Positions 8,877 to 18,431 of a stretch of 64,000 bases of DNA are shown here, one piece after another. Position 1 is the stretch's first letter. Each line of letters starts with the position of its first letter. This DNA comes from Arcobacteraceae bacterium (GTDB lineage Bacteria; Campylobacterota; Campylobacteria; Campylobacterales; Arcobacteraceae). A model generated the notes under the pieces. That model was not told the DNA's origin. It ran no database searches and saw only the letters and a program-made list of their open reading frames with translations. A program made the position numbers and the translations under genes. The stretch lies in the NCBI GenBank assembly GCA_048268245.1, contig JBLWVX010000003.1, forward strand, positions 1-64,000, read 5' to 3'.

Positions 8877-10655
8877 ATGGAAAAATTAATAAATAAAATA
8901 CCAAAATTTCTTTTCTTTACAGGAAAAGGAGGTGTTGGTAAAACATCTATGTCTTGTACTATTAGTGTTAGTTTAGCTCTTAAGGGGAAAAAGGTACTTT
9001 TAATATCAACTGATCCTGCTTCAAATCTTGATGAGGTTCTAGAAACTCCTTTAAACTCAAGCGCTACAAAAGTAAAAAGTATAGAAAATCTTTATGCTAT
9101 GAATATAAATCCAGTAATAGCTGCAAAAGAGTATAAAGAAAAAATAGTAGGACCATATAGGGGAATTTTACCAAAAGAAGCAATACAGCAAATGGAAGAG
9201 CAGTTAAGCGGTGCTTGTACTGTTGAAATTGCAGGTTTTAATGAATTCTCAAAATATGTAGGAGATGAAAGTATCATAAATGAATATGACCATATTATTT
9301 TAGATACAGCACCAACTGGACATACTTTAAGACTTTTAGAACTTCCAAGTGCTTGGAATGATTTTATAGAGCATAATAGCAGTGGTAGTTCTTGTTTAGG
9401 TCCTGTGTCAGGACTTAGTGATTATAAAGAGTTATATGATAGTGTAATTGAGAATTTAAAAGATGAGAGTAAAACATTACTTATATTAGTATCAAGAGCT
9501 GAAAAACTATCTTTTCTTGAAGCTTCAAAAGCAAGTGATGAACTTAAAAAACAAGGTTTAAAAAATCAACATTTGATTATAAATGGAGTATTTACATTAA
9601 ATGATAATGATGAAGTAGCAAAGGCTTTTGAAAAAAAATCAAAAGAAGCTTTAGACTTACTACCTAAAAATTTAGAAAATTTAGAAAAAACACAAGTTGG
9701 CTTTTATCCAAATGGAGTAGTTGGAATTGAGAGTTTAAAGACAATTGCAAAAAATGAAACAGCAAAAGAGTTTGAAAACTCATGTGAAAAATTGAATAAA
9801 CAATTAAAAACAGTAGTTGATGATACACTAAGTTTTGATGAACTTCTTAAAGATATAGAAGTTGATAAAAAAGGTTTGATTATGACTATGGGAAAAGGTG
9901 GAGTTGGTAAAACAACAATGGCTTGTCTAATCGCTTCACAATTAGCAAAAAAAGGTCATAAAGTAACTTTATCTACAACTGATCCTGCTGCTCATTTAGA
10001 GTATATAAAACAAGAAAATGAAAATTTGCAAATTGAGAGAATTGATCCAAAAGTTGAAATAAAAAGACATGTTGATAATGTTATTGCTAAAAATGAGGGT
10101 GTTTTAAGTGATGATGATATGGCTTTATTAAAAGAAGAATTAAGCTCACCATGTATCGAAGAAATAGCAGTATTTGAAGCTTTTGCAAATACAGTTGCAC
10201 AGGCACAAGATAGATTTATTGTTTTAGATACTGCACCTACGGGACATACTTTGCTTTTATTAGATGCCTCAAAAGCTTATCATCAAGAGGTTTTAAAAAA
10301 CACAAAAGATGATATGAGTGAAGCTCTTAAGAATTTACTTCCTAGAATAAAAGATGAAAAATTTACAAAGATTTTATTAACAAGTTTAGCAGAAGCTACA
10401 CCAACACATGAAGCACAAGATTTACAAGAAGATTTACAAAGAGCTGGTATAAAACCTTATGCTTGGCTAGTAAATAGATGTTTTAGTTTAACAAATAGTT
10501 CAAACAATCTTATTTGTCAAAAAGGTTTAAATGAACTAACTTATATAAATAAAATAAAAAATGAGTTATCTAATAAAACAGTATTATTACCTTGGATAAA
10601 AGAGGAAATCAATAGTACAGATGAGCTAGAAAATCTTATAAAAATTAAAAAGTAA
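8877..10655 (+). CDS. arsA: Arsenical pump-driving ATPase ArsA
   Basis: Two GKGGVGKT, two DTAPTGH, metal-binding GACTVE, SCLGP, PCIEE. Confidence 0.96.
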   Translation: MEKLINKIPKFLFFTGKGGVGKTSMSCTISVSLALKGKKVLLISTDPASNLDEVLETPLNSSATKVKSIENLYAMNINPVIAAKEYKEKIVGPYRGILPKEAIQQMEEQLSGACTVEIAGFNEFSKYVGDESIINEYDHIILDTAPTGHTLRLLELPSAWNDFIEHNSSGSSCLGPVSGLSDYKELYDSVIENLKDESKTLLILVSRAEKLSFLEASKASDELKKQGLKNQHLIINGVFTLNDNDEVAKAFEKKSKEALDLLPKNLENLEKTQVGFYPNGVVGIESLKTIAKNETAKEFENSCEKLNKQLKTVVDDTLSFDELLKDIEVDKKGLIMTMGKGGVGKTTMACLIASQLAKKGHKVTLSTTDPAAHLEYIKQENENLQIERIDPKVEIKRHVDNVIAKNEGVLSDDDMALLKEELSSPCIEEIAVFEAFANTVAQAQDRFIVLDTAPTGHTLLLLDASKAYHQEVLKNTKDDMSEALKNLLPRIKDEKFTKILLTSLAEATPTHEAQDLQEDLQRAGIKPYAWLVNRCFSLTNSSNNLICQKGLNELTYINKIKNELSNKTVLLPWIKEEINSTDELENLIKIKK

Positions 10656-10738
10656 AGAGTTCTACTCTTGACTTTTTAATTTAATTTATCTATACTTTCA
10701 AAAACAAAGTAAAAGTTAAGAGTTTAACTCTTAACTTT
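10649..10738 (+). promoter_or_regulatory. Promoter (TTGACT-17-TATACT) bracketed by two 27-bp palindromic operator-like sites
   Basis: AAAGTAAAGAGTTCTACTCTTGACTTT (10649-10675) and perfect AAAGTTAAGAGTT-T-AACTCTTAACTTT (10712-10738); -35 at 10668, -10 at 10691. Confidence 0.7.
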
Positions 10739-10750
10739 AAGGAATTTAAA

Positions 10751-11389
10751 ATGAAAGTTATAGATAATAAAAACTACTATAAAATGAGTGAGTTAGTAGA
10801 GCAAACAAGCTTGAGTAACCACACAATCTCTTTTTATCATAAAAAAGGTTTACTACCAAATAGTTTAAGTACTTCAAAGAATATGAAGTATTATCCAGAG
10901 ATTACAATCACTGTTTTAAATATGATTAAGTACTTCAAAGATAATCTTAGTTTTTCAATAGATTATATAAAAGAGCTTTTTGACTACTATAATATAAACT
11001 TCAATGATAGAGCAGATTTAATACTCCAATCAATTCAGATGATTTCAAGTGAGATTAAAAATCCTGTTTCAAAAAAAGATTTAGAAAAGTTTAGTTTAGA
11101 AGAAGCAATAGCTTTAGACTTAGTGGATAAAAAAGATATTTATTTTAAAACAGAAGTTGAAGTAATCAAGACTTTTAATGAGTTAAAAAAATATGATATT
11201 TCAACGCAACTTATAAATGAGTATGTAACTACAAGTAAAAAATTAGCACTATTAGAAAGAGAACTTAGCTCAAAAGTTTTAGAAAAGACTGGTTTTTTAC
11301 CTGAGATTTTAGTTTTAGATATTTTAAATTCATTTAAACCATACATTTTTAATAGGTCAACTATTGAAGAGTTTAAGAAGGATGTGTAA
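10751..11389 (+). CDS. MerR-type HTH transcriptional regulator
   Basis: YKMSELVEQT..TISFYHKKGLLP..YY, then IK..FSIDYIKE. Confidence 0.85.
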   Translation: MKVIDNKNYYKMSELVEQTSLSNHTISFYHKKGLLPNSLSTSKNMKYYPEITITVLNMIKYFKDNLSFSIDYIKELFDYYNINFNDRADLILQSIQMISSEIKNPVSKKDLEKFSLEEAIALDLVDKKDIYFKTEVEVIKTFNELKKYDISTQLINEYVTTSKKLALLERELSSKVLEKTGFLPEILVLDILNSFKPYIFNRSTIEEFKKDV

Positions 11390-14300
11390 TGAGTAGTTTA
11401 TCAAAAGGTATTAACAATCTAATGTTAATAAAATTTGCTTTTTTATTTGTGGTTTTTGGAAATGTAATTGTAGATGTTTCCCATAAAATATTATTACAAA
11501 ATATTGCATTTAAAATATTTGATGGTAGTACTCAAGTTGTTTGGATTTCTATAATAAATGCTTTAATATTAGTACCATTTTTATTATTATTTACAGTAAG
11601 TGGCTTTTTATCAGATAAATATAATAAAAAAAATATCCTAATTTATGGGGCTATTTCCTCTTTTACTTTATCAGTTTTGATGATTTTCTCTTATTTAAGC
11701 GGTAACTTTTATTTAGCTATGATAAATCTAGTTTTACTAGCAGCACAAAGTGCGATTTATTCACCTGCAAAATTTGGAATTATTATAGATATTTGGGGAA
11801 AGAAAAACCTAGCACGTGGAAACTCAGCTTTGCAAGCTGTATCTATTATTGCTATTTTATTTGCAATTGCTAGTGGTTCTTATATTTTTGAAACATATTA
11901 TATAAGTAATTCTTTAGAAACATTAAAAACAAAAGAAGAGCTTTTAATAGCTACCTTATCTCTTACATATTTTATAGCTCCTGTTGCATTTTTAGAAATG
12001 CTAGTATCCCTAATCATTTTAAGAAGATTAAATACATCACATAAAAGTAATGAGTCTTTAACATTAGATAAAAAAGAACTTTTAAAAGGTAAACTTTTAG
12101 CAAAAAATATAAAAGCAATTACTTCAAATAAAGTAATCTTTTTATCAGTAATTGGATTGTCTGTATTTTGGGGTGTATCTCAAGCTTTAATGGCAGTTTT
12201 CCCATCTTATGCAAAACAGTATTTAGGTGTAACTGATGTATTTGTAATAAATGCAGTTTTAGCAGCATCAGGAATTGGTATTGCTATAGGTTCTATAATT
12301 TATTCAAGAATTTCTAAACATTATATAGAAGTTGGAACTATTCCTTTAGCTGCTTTTGGTATGGCTTTTATGATTTATATTTCAACTATAGTTGAGTCAG
12401 CATTTATGCTAAGTATGACATTTTTAGTATTTGGTATTTTTGGTGGAATGTTTGTAGTTCCTTTAAATGCTTTAATCCAATTTAATGCAAGAAAAAAAGT
12501 TTTAGGAACTATTTTAGCTGGAAATAACTGGTTTCATTCAGTAGCGATGTTTTTTATGCTTTGTTTAACAACAGTTGTATCTTTATATGACTTAGATCCT
12601 TTAAATACAATATTTTTAATTCTTTTAATTACTATAGTTGGAACGGTATATACAGTTGTAAAGTTGCCTCAATCTATGTTACTTCTTTTTGTTAAAGGTG
12701 TGGTTGGATTAAAATATAAACTTGAAGTAAATGGAGTGAAAAATATTCCTTCAAGTGGTGGAGTTTTACTTCTAGGTAATCATGTGTCATGGATTGATTG
12801 GGCAGTAATTTTAATGTCATCACCAAGGGAAGTTAGGTTTGTAATGCATAAACCAATTTATGATAAGTGGTATCTAAACTGGTTACTTAAAATATTTAAT
12901 GCAATACCAATTTCAAATGCTTCTAGCAAATCAACTATGCAAGAAATAGCTAAACAATTAGATGAAGGTCATGTGGTTGTATTATTTCCAGAAGGAGCTA
13001 TTACAAGAAATGGTCACTTAGGAGAGTTTAAAAAAGGTTTTGAAAAGATTTTAGATATGACTCAAAGTGATGTAAAGGTAATCTCTTTTTATATTAGAGG
13101 ACTTTGGGAGTCTATGTTCAGTAGAGCCAGTAAAAAATATAAAAATTCATATAAAACAAATAGTGTAACTGTATCTTTTTCAAAGCCAATTAAAAAACAA
13201 AAAGCAAATGTAATTAGAGTAAAAGATGAAGTAATAGCTTTATCTACAAAAGCTTGGAGTGAGCATGTAGAAAATTTAGGAACTATTAGTGAAACTATTT
13301 TTGATAGACAAAAACAAGTTGGGAATGATTTTAGTTTTGCAGACTCAACAGGTTTAGAGTTAAGTGGAAATAAGTTTTTAACAGTTTCTATTTTATTTAA
13401 AGACTTGCTAAAACCAAGAGTAAAGGGTCAAAATATAGGTCTTTTACTTCCATCAACAGCAGCAGGAGCTTTTATAAATACTTCTATTTTAATGATGGGA
13501 AAAACAGTTGTAAACTTAAACTATACAGCACAAATTGACTCTCTTAAAAAAGCTGTTTTAAAAGCTGAAGTAAAAACTATAGTTGCTTCAAAAAAGTTTG
13601 TTGAAAAGATTGAAAGTAAAGGTATTGATGTAAAAGAGATTTTAGAGCAAGTAGAAGTGATATATGTTGAAGATTTAAAACCTAAAATATCAAAGCTAAA
13701 AGGTTTAGCAACTCTTCTTAGTGTAAAGTTTTTACCTAGTTTTATTTTAAAATCTTTACATGTAAAAAAGATAAAAAAAGATGATACAGTAGTGATTTTG
13801 TTTTCATCAGGAAGCGAAGGTGAACCTAAAGGGATTGAACTTACAAGTGATAATATTGTAGGTAATTCACAACAAACAGCATCAATTTTAAATGCAAATA
13901 ATGATGATATTATAGTTGGTTCTCTTCCAATATTTCATGCCTTTGGTATTACTGTTACTACTTTTTTACCATTGATTGAAGGAATTAAGTGTGTTGCACA
14001 TCCTGATCCAACTGATGGTTTAGGTATTGGAAAATTAGTATCTAAATATAATGCAACAATTATGACAGGAACTTCAACTTTCTTTAGGTTATATACAAAA
14101 AATGCAAAAGTTCATCCTTTGATGTTTGATAGTTTGAGATTGATTGTTGCAGGTGCTGAAAAACTAAGAGCAGATGTTAGAGAGGATTTTAAAAAGAAAT
14201 TTGGAAAAGATATTTTAGAAGGTTATGGAGTTACAGAGACAACTCCTGTGGCTGCTTGTAATCTGCCAAATGTTTTAGCTCCTGATTATAGTGTACAAAT

Positions 14301-14886
14301 TGGTCAGAAAACAGGAAGTGTTGGTATGCCAATACCTGGAACTAGTGTTAAAATTGTTGACCCTGATACTTATGAAGAGTTAGAAGTTGGAAATGAGGGA
14401 ATGATAGTAATTTCTGGTATACAAGTAATGAAAGGATATTTAAAAGATGAGAAGAAAACATCTGAGGTATTAGTAAAAATTGGAAATAGAACTTATTATG
14501 TTACAGGAGATAAAGGAAGACTTGATGAAGATGGTTTTTTAACTATTGTTGATAGATACTCAAGATTCGCGAAACTTGGTGGTGAGATGGTAAGTATGGG
14601 TGCAATAGAAGAGGGTATTTCAAAAATTATTGATTTACCTGAAGATAGTATGGTTGATTATATTGCTACATCTATTGAAGATGAGAAAAAAGGTGAAAAG
14701 ATTGTTTTACTTATTTCAGATGTTAATGAAGAGTTTGTAGATGAACTAAAACAAAAAATAAACAGCTCTTTTGATAATAAACTTATGATACCAAGTGTGA
14801 TTAAAATAGTTGATGATATTCCAAAACTAGGAACAGGGAAAAAAGACTTTAAAAAAGCTAAGAGTTTAGCAAAGAGTTTAGTTTAA
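11389..14886 (+). CDS. aas: Fused LplT-like MFS / acyltransferase / acyl-ACP synthetase (Aas)
   Basis: N-terminal MFS (YSPAKFG), NHVSWID and FPEG acyltransferase motifs, AMP-binding FSSGSEGEPKG, EGYGVTE, TGDKG, RFAKLGGEMV. Confidence 0.93.
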   Translation: MSSLSKGINNLMLIKFAFLFVVFGNVIVDVSHKILLQNIAFKIFDGSTQVVWISIINALILVPFLLLFTVSGFLSDKYNKKNILIYGAISSFTLSVLMIFSYLSGNFYLAMINLVLLAAQSAIYSPAKFGIIIDIWGKKNLARGNSALQAVSIIAILFAIASGSYIFETYYISNSLETLKTKEELLIATLSLTYFIAPVAFLEMLVSLIILRRLNTSHKSNESLTLDKKELLKGKLLAKNIKAITSNKVIFLSVIGLSVFWGVSQALMAVFPSYAKQYLGVTDVFVINAVLAASGIGIAIGSIIYSRISKHYIEVGTIPLAAFGMAFMIYISTIVESAFMLSMTFLVFGIFGGMFVVPLNALIQFNARKKVLGTILAGNNWFHSVAMFFMLCLTTVVSLYDLDPLNTIFLILLITIVGTVYTVVKLPQSMLLLFVKGVVGLKYKLEVNGVKNIPSSGGVLLLGNHVSWIDWAVILMSSPREVRFVMHKPIYDKWYLNWLLKIFNAIPISNASSKSTMQEIAKQLDEGHVVVLFPEGAITRNGHLGEFKKGFEKILDMTQSDVKVISFYIRGLWESMFSRASKKYKNSYKTNSVTVSFSKPIKKQKANVIRVKDEVIALSTKAWSEHVENLGTISETIFDRQKQVGNDFSFADSTGLELSGNKFLTVSILFKDLLKPRVKGQNIGLLLPSTAAGAFINTSILMMGKTVVNLNYTAQIDSLKKAVLKAEVKTIVASKKFVEKIESKGIDVKEILEQVEVIYVEDLKPKISKLKGLATLLSVKFLPSFILKSLHVKKIKKDDTVVILFSSGSEGEPKGIELTSDNIVGNSQQTASILNANNDDIIVGSLPIFHAFGITVTTFLPLIEGIKCVAHPDPTDGLGIGKLVSKYNATIMTGTSTFFRLYTKNAKVHPLMFDSLRLIVAGAEKLRADVREDFKKKFGKDILEGYGVTETTPVAACNLPNVLAPDYSVQIGQKTGSVGMPIPGTSVKIVDPDTYEELEVGNEGMIVISGIQVMKGYLKDEKKTSEVLVKIGNRTYYVTGDKGRLDEDGFLTIVDRYSRFAKLGGEMVSMGAIEEGISKIIDLPEDSMVDYIATSIEDEKKGEKIVLLISDVNEEFVDELKQKINSSFDNKLMIPSVIKIVDDIPKLGTGKKDFKKAKSLAKSLV

Positions 14887-14916
14887 ATAAAGCAGTAAAT
14901 AGTTACTGCTTTATTT
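14885..14916. terminator. Bidirectional hairpin terminator between aas and glnD
   Basis: AAATAAAGCAGTAA-ATAG-TTACTGCTTTATTT. Confidence 0.75.
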
Positions 14917-17448
14917 ATCACTTGTACACATGAGTTCTAATATTTCATCTTGTTGTGAACAGAAATTTCCATTTTTTTCAATAAGAATCAAATCTCTAGC
15001 AAGATCTTTATGCGTGTGAATTTTTGCACTTTCAATATCTATACCAAAGTCATCAAAAATTTTAGCAATATATGCAAAGAGACCTTTTTGATCTTTTTCT
15101 TTAATTTGCATAGATGCTAAGTAAGCTGTATGATTACAATTTACAGTAACATTTTCTTTCTTGATTACAGGAGTTACAAGTTTTGTAGTTCTATTCATAT
15201 CAAAAGAGTCTTCTATAATTTTTTCAACATATGGAATATCTTCATCATCAACTCTTTCACTAAAAGAGATGTAGAAGGCTTTTTTATCATCAAAAAGTTT
15301 AAAGATATTCATAGAAGCGATATTTAAAAACTCTAGCTTACCAAGTAAGTATCCTAAATTTAAAGGAACTTTTCTAATAATTCTAATAGTTAAATGTGTT
15401 GGTTTATTTACAACTTTGTATGTATAATCTTTTACATTTAAAGCATGAAGTGCAATATCTAAAATATCTTCTGCTTTTAGTCTTAAGAACATTTGATTTG
15501 ATGAAATATAGTTGATTTTCTTCTTTTTGATATTTGGAAGATTTTTATATCTCTCAAGTTTTTTAATAGTATTTAGTTTTTCAACTCTTCGAGCTCCTTC
15601 ATTTAATAAGTCTTCATTTTCAAAAGCAGGTAATGACTGTAAATAAAGTTGTTTTAAAAGTGATGAGGTAGAGTTATTAAAGATATTTTTTCCTACAGCT
15701 GAAATATCACAGTATGTAACTACATACAACATTTTTAAGGCTACTTCTGTTTTTATCAAACCTGTAAAGTTTAAGATAGTTTTTTCTGAATAGATATCTT
15801 CATGGGTTGCTACAAAAGACATCATATTATGGTATCTAACTAATCTAGCTCCTAATTGAGTTAACTTTTCATCAAAACCAAAAACTTGTCCCATTTCTTT
15901 GAAGATTCTTTCCCCTAATATATGATGGTCTTGAGTCCTACCTTTTCCTATATCATGGAAAAGTGCTACAAGTCTTACAATAACTTTTTGGGAAGAATTA
16001 AGTGAGTTAAAAATAGATTTTATATACTCATCTTCTATATTTTGAGCAAATTTTAGTGTTTTGAGTGAATGTACATCAGTTGGATGCTGATGATAGCCAT
16101 CAAATTGGGGTTGATCGATAATAACCTTTGCCCAAGGAATAACTACTTCAAAAAGTCCTGCATTATATAAAAGTTTTATTACAGGATATAAACTAGGTTT
16201 AAATAAAACTGATTTGATACTTTTTTTTAACTCTTTTGATTGAGTTTTAGGAAGTTTAGTTTTACTTGCATAATAAATATAAGATCTATCAAATCTAGTA
16301 ACTTTATCAGGAAGAGATATTAATTCTTTTAGTAAACCATTTAAGGTTTTAGGCTTAGCATTAAATGAAGTATATAAAGTATTTCCTACTATATATAGAT
16401 TTTTTTTGAATCTTGATTCTTTTAGTTTTGAAATATTCTCATCTTTAAAGATTGTAGGTCTAGTAAACTTCTTTACCATTGTTGCAGAAAAACTGTGTAC
16501 AGCATGCAAACTATTTAAAAGTTTTGCCATGCACTGTCTTTCTTTTGTATATCTTGGTTTATTGGAAAAACCAAGTTTTGAACTTAAATCAGGAAGAATA
16601 TCAAAAGTTACTTGGTCTTGTTTTTTTCTTGCTATATTATGAAGAGCATTTCTAACTCTAAAGATAAATTCTAATGCTTGTCTATATTTTTTGTACTCTT
16701 CTTCTGTATACTCAATACCTATTAGTTGTTTTGTATTAGTAGCACCATATAAAACATTTGCTATCCAATACATCATATTTGATTCTCTAACACCTCCAAA
16801 ACCATCTTTGATATTTGGTTGCATTTTAAGTGGATATTTTAAAAGTCTTTGTTTATGCTCTTCTAATTTTTCTAAAATAAACTCTTTTTGTTTTGTTTTT
16901 CTTATAGTTGTAAGAACTTTTTCATATGAAAACCAAAGATATTTAGAACCATAAATAAGTCTTGATTCAATAATTGAACTTTTAATAGTAATATCTTCTT
17001 TTACACTATCTTCAATTTCTGATAATTCATGAACTCTTGAGCCTAATTTTAATCCACAATCCCAAGCAAGAGTAATAAACTCTTCCATTATTTCTCTTAA
17101 GTTATAACCTTTTATATCTTCATACAAAATCATAATATCAATATCAGAATAGATACATAACTCTTCTCTTCCATATGAACCTAAGGCAATTAGTGAAATA
17201 GGTACAGAAGTACTCATAGGTTGATATGAACCAAAGTTTTTTCTTAGGATGTATTTATAAAGTTGGATTAGAAATTTATCAGTATGTTTTGTATGTTTTA
17301 TAAAGAAGTCTTTACCACCGGTGCTTTCAAAAGTAGTATCTATTGAGTTTACATATGTTTTAAAATAGTTTTTAAAAACCTTTGAAATCTCAAAATCACT
17401 TGCATCATTTGATATAAGTTCTTCGATTAGAATATTTAATTCACTCAT
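14911..17448 (-). CDS. glnD: [Protein-PII] uridylyltransferase / uridylyl-removing enzyme
   Basis: ALGSYGREEL..SDIDI nucleotidyltransferase motif, PNIKDGFGG, HD domain (YH..DVHS, LFHDIGKGR), C-terminal ACT-like DQKGLF; near PII genes. Confidence 0.9.
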   Translation of the reverse strand: MSELNILIEELISNDASDFEISKVFKNYFKTYVNSIDTTFESTGGKDFFIKHTKHTDKFLIQLYKYILRKNFGSYQPMSTSVPISLIALGSYGREELCIYSDIDIMILYEDIKGYNLREIMEEFITLAWDCGLKLGSRVHELSEIEDSVKEDITIKSSIIESRLIYGSKYLWFSYEKVLTTIRKTKQKEFILEKLEEHKQRLLKYPLKMQPNIKDGFGGVRESNMMYWIANVLYGATNTKQLIGIEYTEEEYKKYRQALEFIFRVRNALHNIARKKQDQVTFDILPDLSSKLGFSNKPRYTKERQCMAKLLNSLHAVHSFSATMVKKFTRPTIFKDENISKLKESRFKKNLYIVGNTLYTSFNAKPKTLNGLLKELISLPDKVTRFDRSYIYYASKTKLPKTQSKELKKSIKSVLFKPSLYPVIKLLYNAGLFEVVIPWAKVIIDQPQFDGYHQHPTDVHSLKTLKFAQNIEDEYIKSIFNSLNSSQKVIVRLVALFHDIGKGRTQDHHILGERIFKEMGQVFGFDEKLTQLGARLVRYHNMMSFVATHEDIYSEKTILNFTGLIKTEVALKMLYVVTYCDISAVGKNIFNNSTSSLLKQLYLQSLPAFENEDLLNEGARRVEKLNTIKKLERYKNLPNIKKKKINYISSNQMFLRLKAEDILDIALHALNVKDYTYKVVNKPTHLTIRIIRKVPLNLGYLLGKLEFLNIASMNIFKLFDDKKAFYISFSERVDDEDIPYVEKIIEDSFDMNRTTKLVTPVIKKENVTVNCNHTAYLASMQIKEKDQKGLFAYIAKIFDDFGIDIESAKIHTHKDLARDLILIEKNGNFCSQQDEILELMCTSDK

Positions 17449-18197
17449 AATAACTCTTTGTGTATGTCAATTTTTTTTCTAAGGGTAATTCTATTAAGTC
17501 CAAGATTTTTTGCAACTTGAACTTGAGATTTATATTTTTTTGTAGAAGCTTTTATTAAAGGTACTTCAAATAAGTATATTAAGTCTTTATATGCATTTTC
17601 ACCATCTAAGTGCTCACTTAAATATCTCTCTAAAAACATTAAAATCTCTTCTTCTCCAATAGTCTCAAATAGATAAGAAAAATAAATAGATTTTCTTAAA
17701 CTGTGAGTATTATTTGATATATTGATAATAAGCTTTGAAGTGGGGATTGTAAGCATATCTAAAGTAGAACTAGCTTCTTGTGAGAACTTTTGTACTAATA
17801 ACTTTGTATCATTCTCTCTTTTTGATAAGTCAGGTATTTCAAGGTTAATAGAAAATATATCTTTAAGTTTTTGATTTAATACATCACTATTTGATATGGC
17901 AATTACTCTTATTGAGTTATCTTCAATCCATTTTAGAAGTAAACTTACATTTGTTATATCTTGAATTTTATCAATTATTATTGCATTATTTTTTATAGTA
18001 ATAACTTCATCAATAATATCTTGTTGTAGTGCTTTTGCCTCAAAAATTTGAGATTTCGGGAGTATGTATTTAGCTAGAGACTTTTTCCCTACTCCATTTG
18101 AACCAATAATCAAAGCATTTACATTTACTGCTTGAAGCAGTTTTGCAGAGTTTAGAATCTCTTTGGATATTTCATCTTGTGCGATATATTCTTGCAT
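17445..18197 (-). CDS. Fis/NtrC-type HTH regulator with degenerate AAA+ domain and no receiver domain
   Basis: GSNGVGKKSLA Walker A-like, IIIDKI Walker B-like, IPDLSKREND, C-terminal QVAKNLGLNRITLRKKI HTH. Confidence 0.8.
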   Translation of the reverse strand: MQEYIAQDEISKEILNSAKLLQAVNVNALIIGSNGVGKKSLAKYILPKSQIFEAKALQQDIIDEVITIKNNAIIIDKIQDITNVSLLLKWIEDNSIRVIAISNSDVLNQKLKDIFSINLEIPDLSKRENDTKLLVQKFSQEASSTLDMLTIPTSKLIINISNNTHSLRKSIYFSYLFETIGEEEILMFLERYLSEHLDGENAYKDLIYLFEVPLIKASTKKYKSQVQVAKNLGLNRITLRKKIDIHKELL

Positions 18198-18289
18198 ATA
18201 ATTTAACCTTTGTAATCATAGAGATATTATACAAAATTTGTCTATTAAATATATTATACTGTATATTTTTACTCTGTTTTATCAAATAT

Positions 18290-18306
18290 TGTATATATAA
18301 TAGACA
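18290..18306. promoter_or_regulatory. Candidate nitrogen-regulon box upstream of the regulator-glnD operon
   Basis: TGTAT-ATATAAT-AGACA, matching boxes upstream of both amtB genes. Confidence 0.45.
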
Positions 18307-18380
18307 GTTAAATAATTATCCTACTAATAAGAATAATTAAAATTTCTATGAAAACTTGACAAAAAGAATTATATGATGTA

Positions 18381-18412
18381 AAATAATAACTAAATAATAA
18401 CTAAATAATAAC
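18381..18412 (+). repeat. 11-bp tandem repeat (about 3 copies) over the -10/start region of the kinase promoter
   Basis: AAATAATAACT twice plus AAATAATAAC; promoter TTGACA (18356)-17-TAAAAT (18379). Confidence 0.8.
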
Positions 18413-18431
18413 ATAAAAGAGTCTATTTAGA

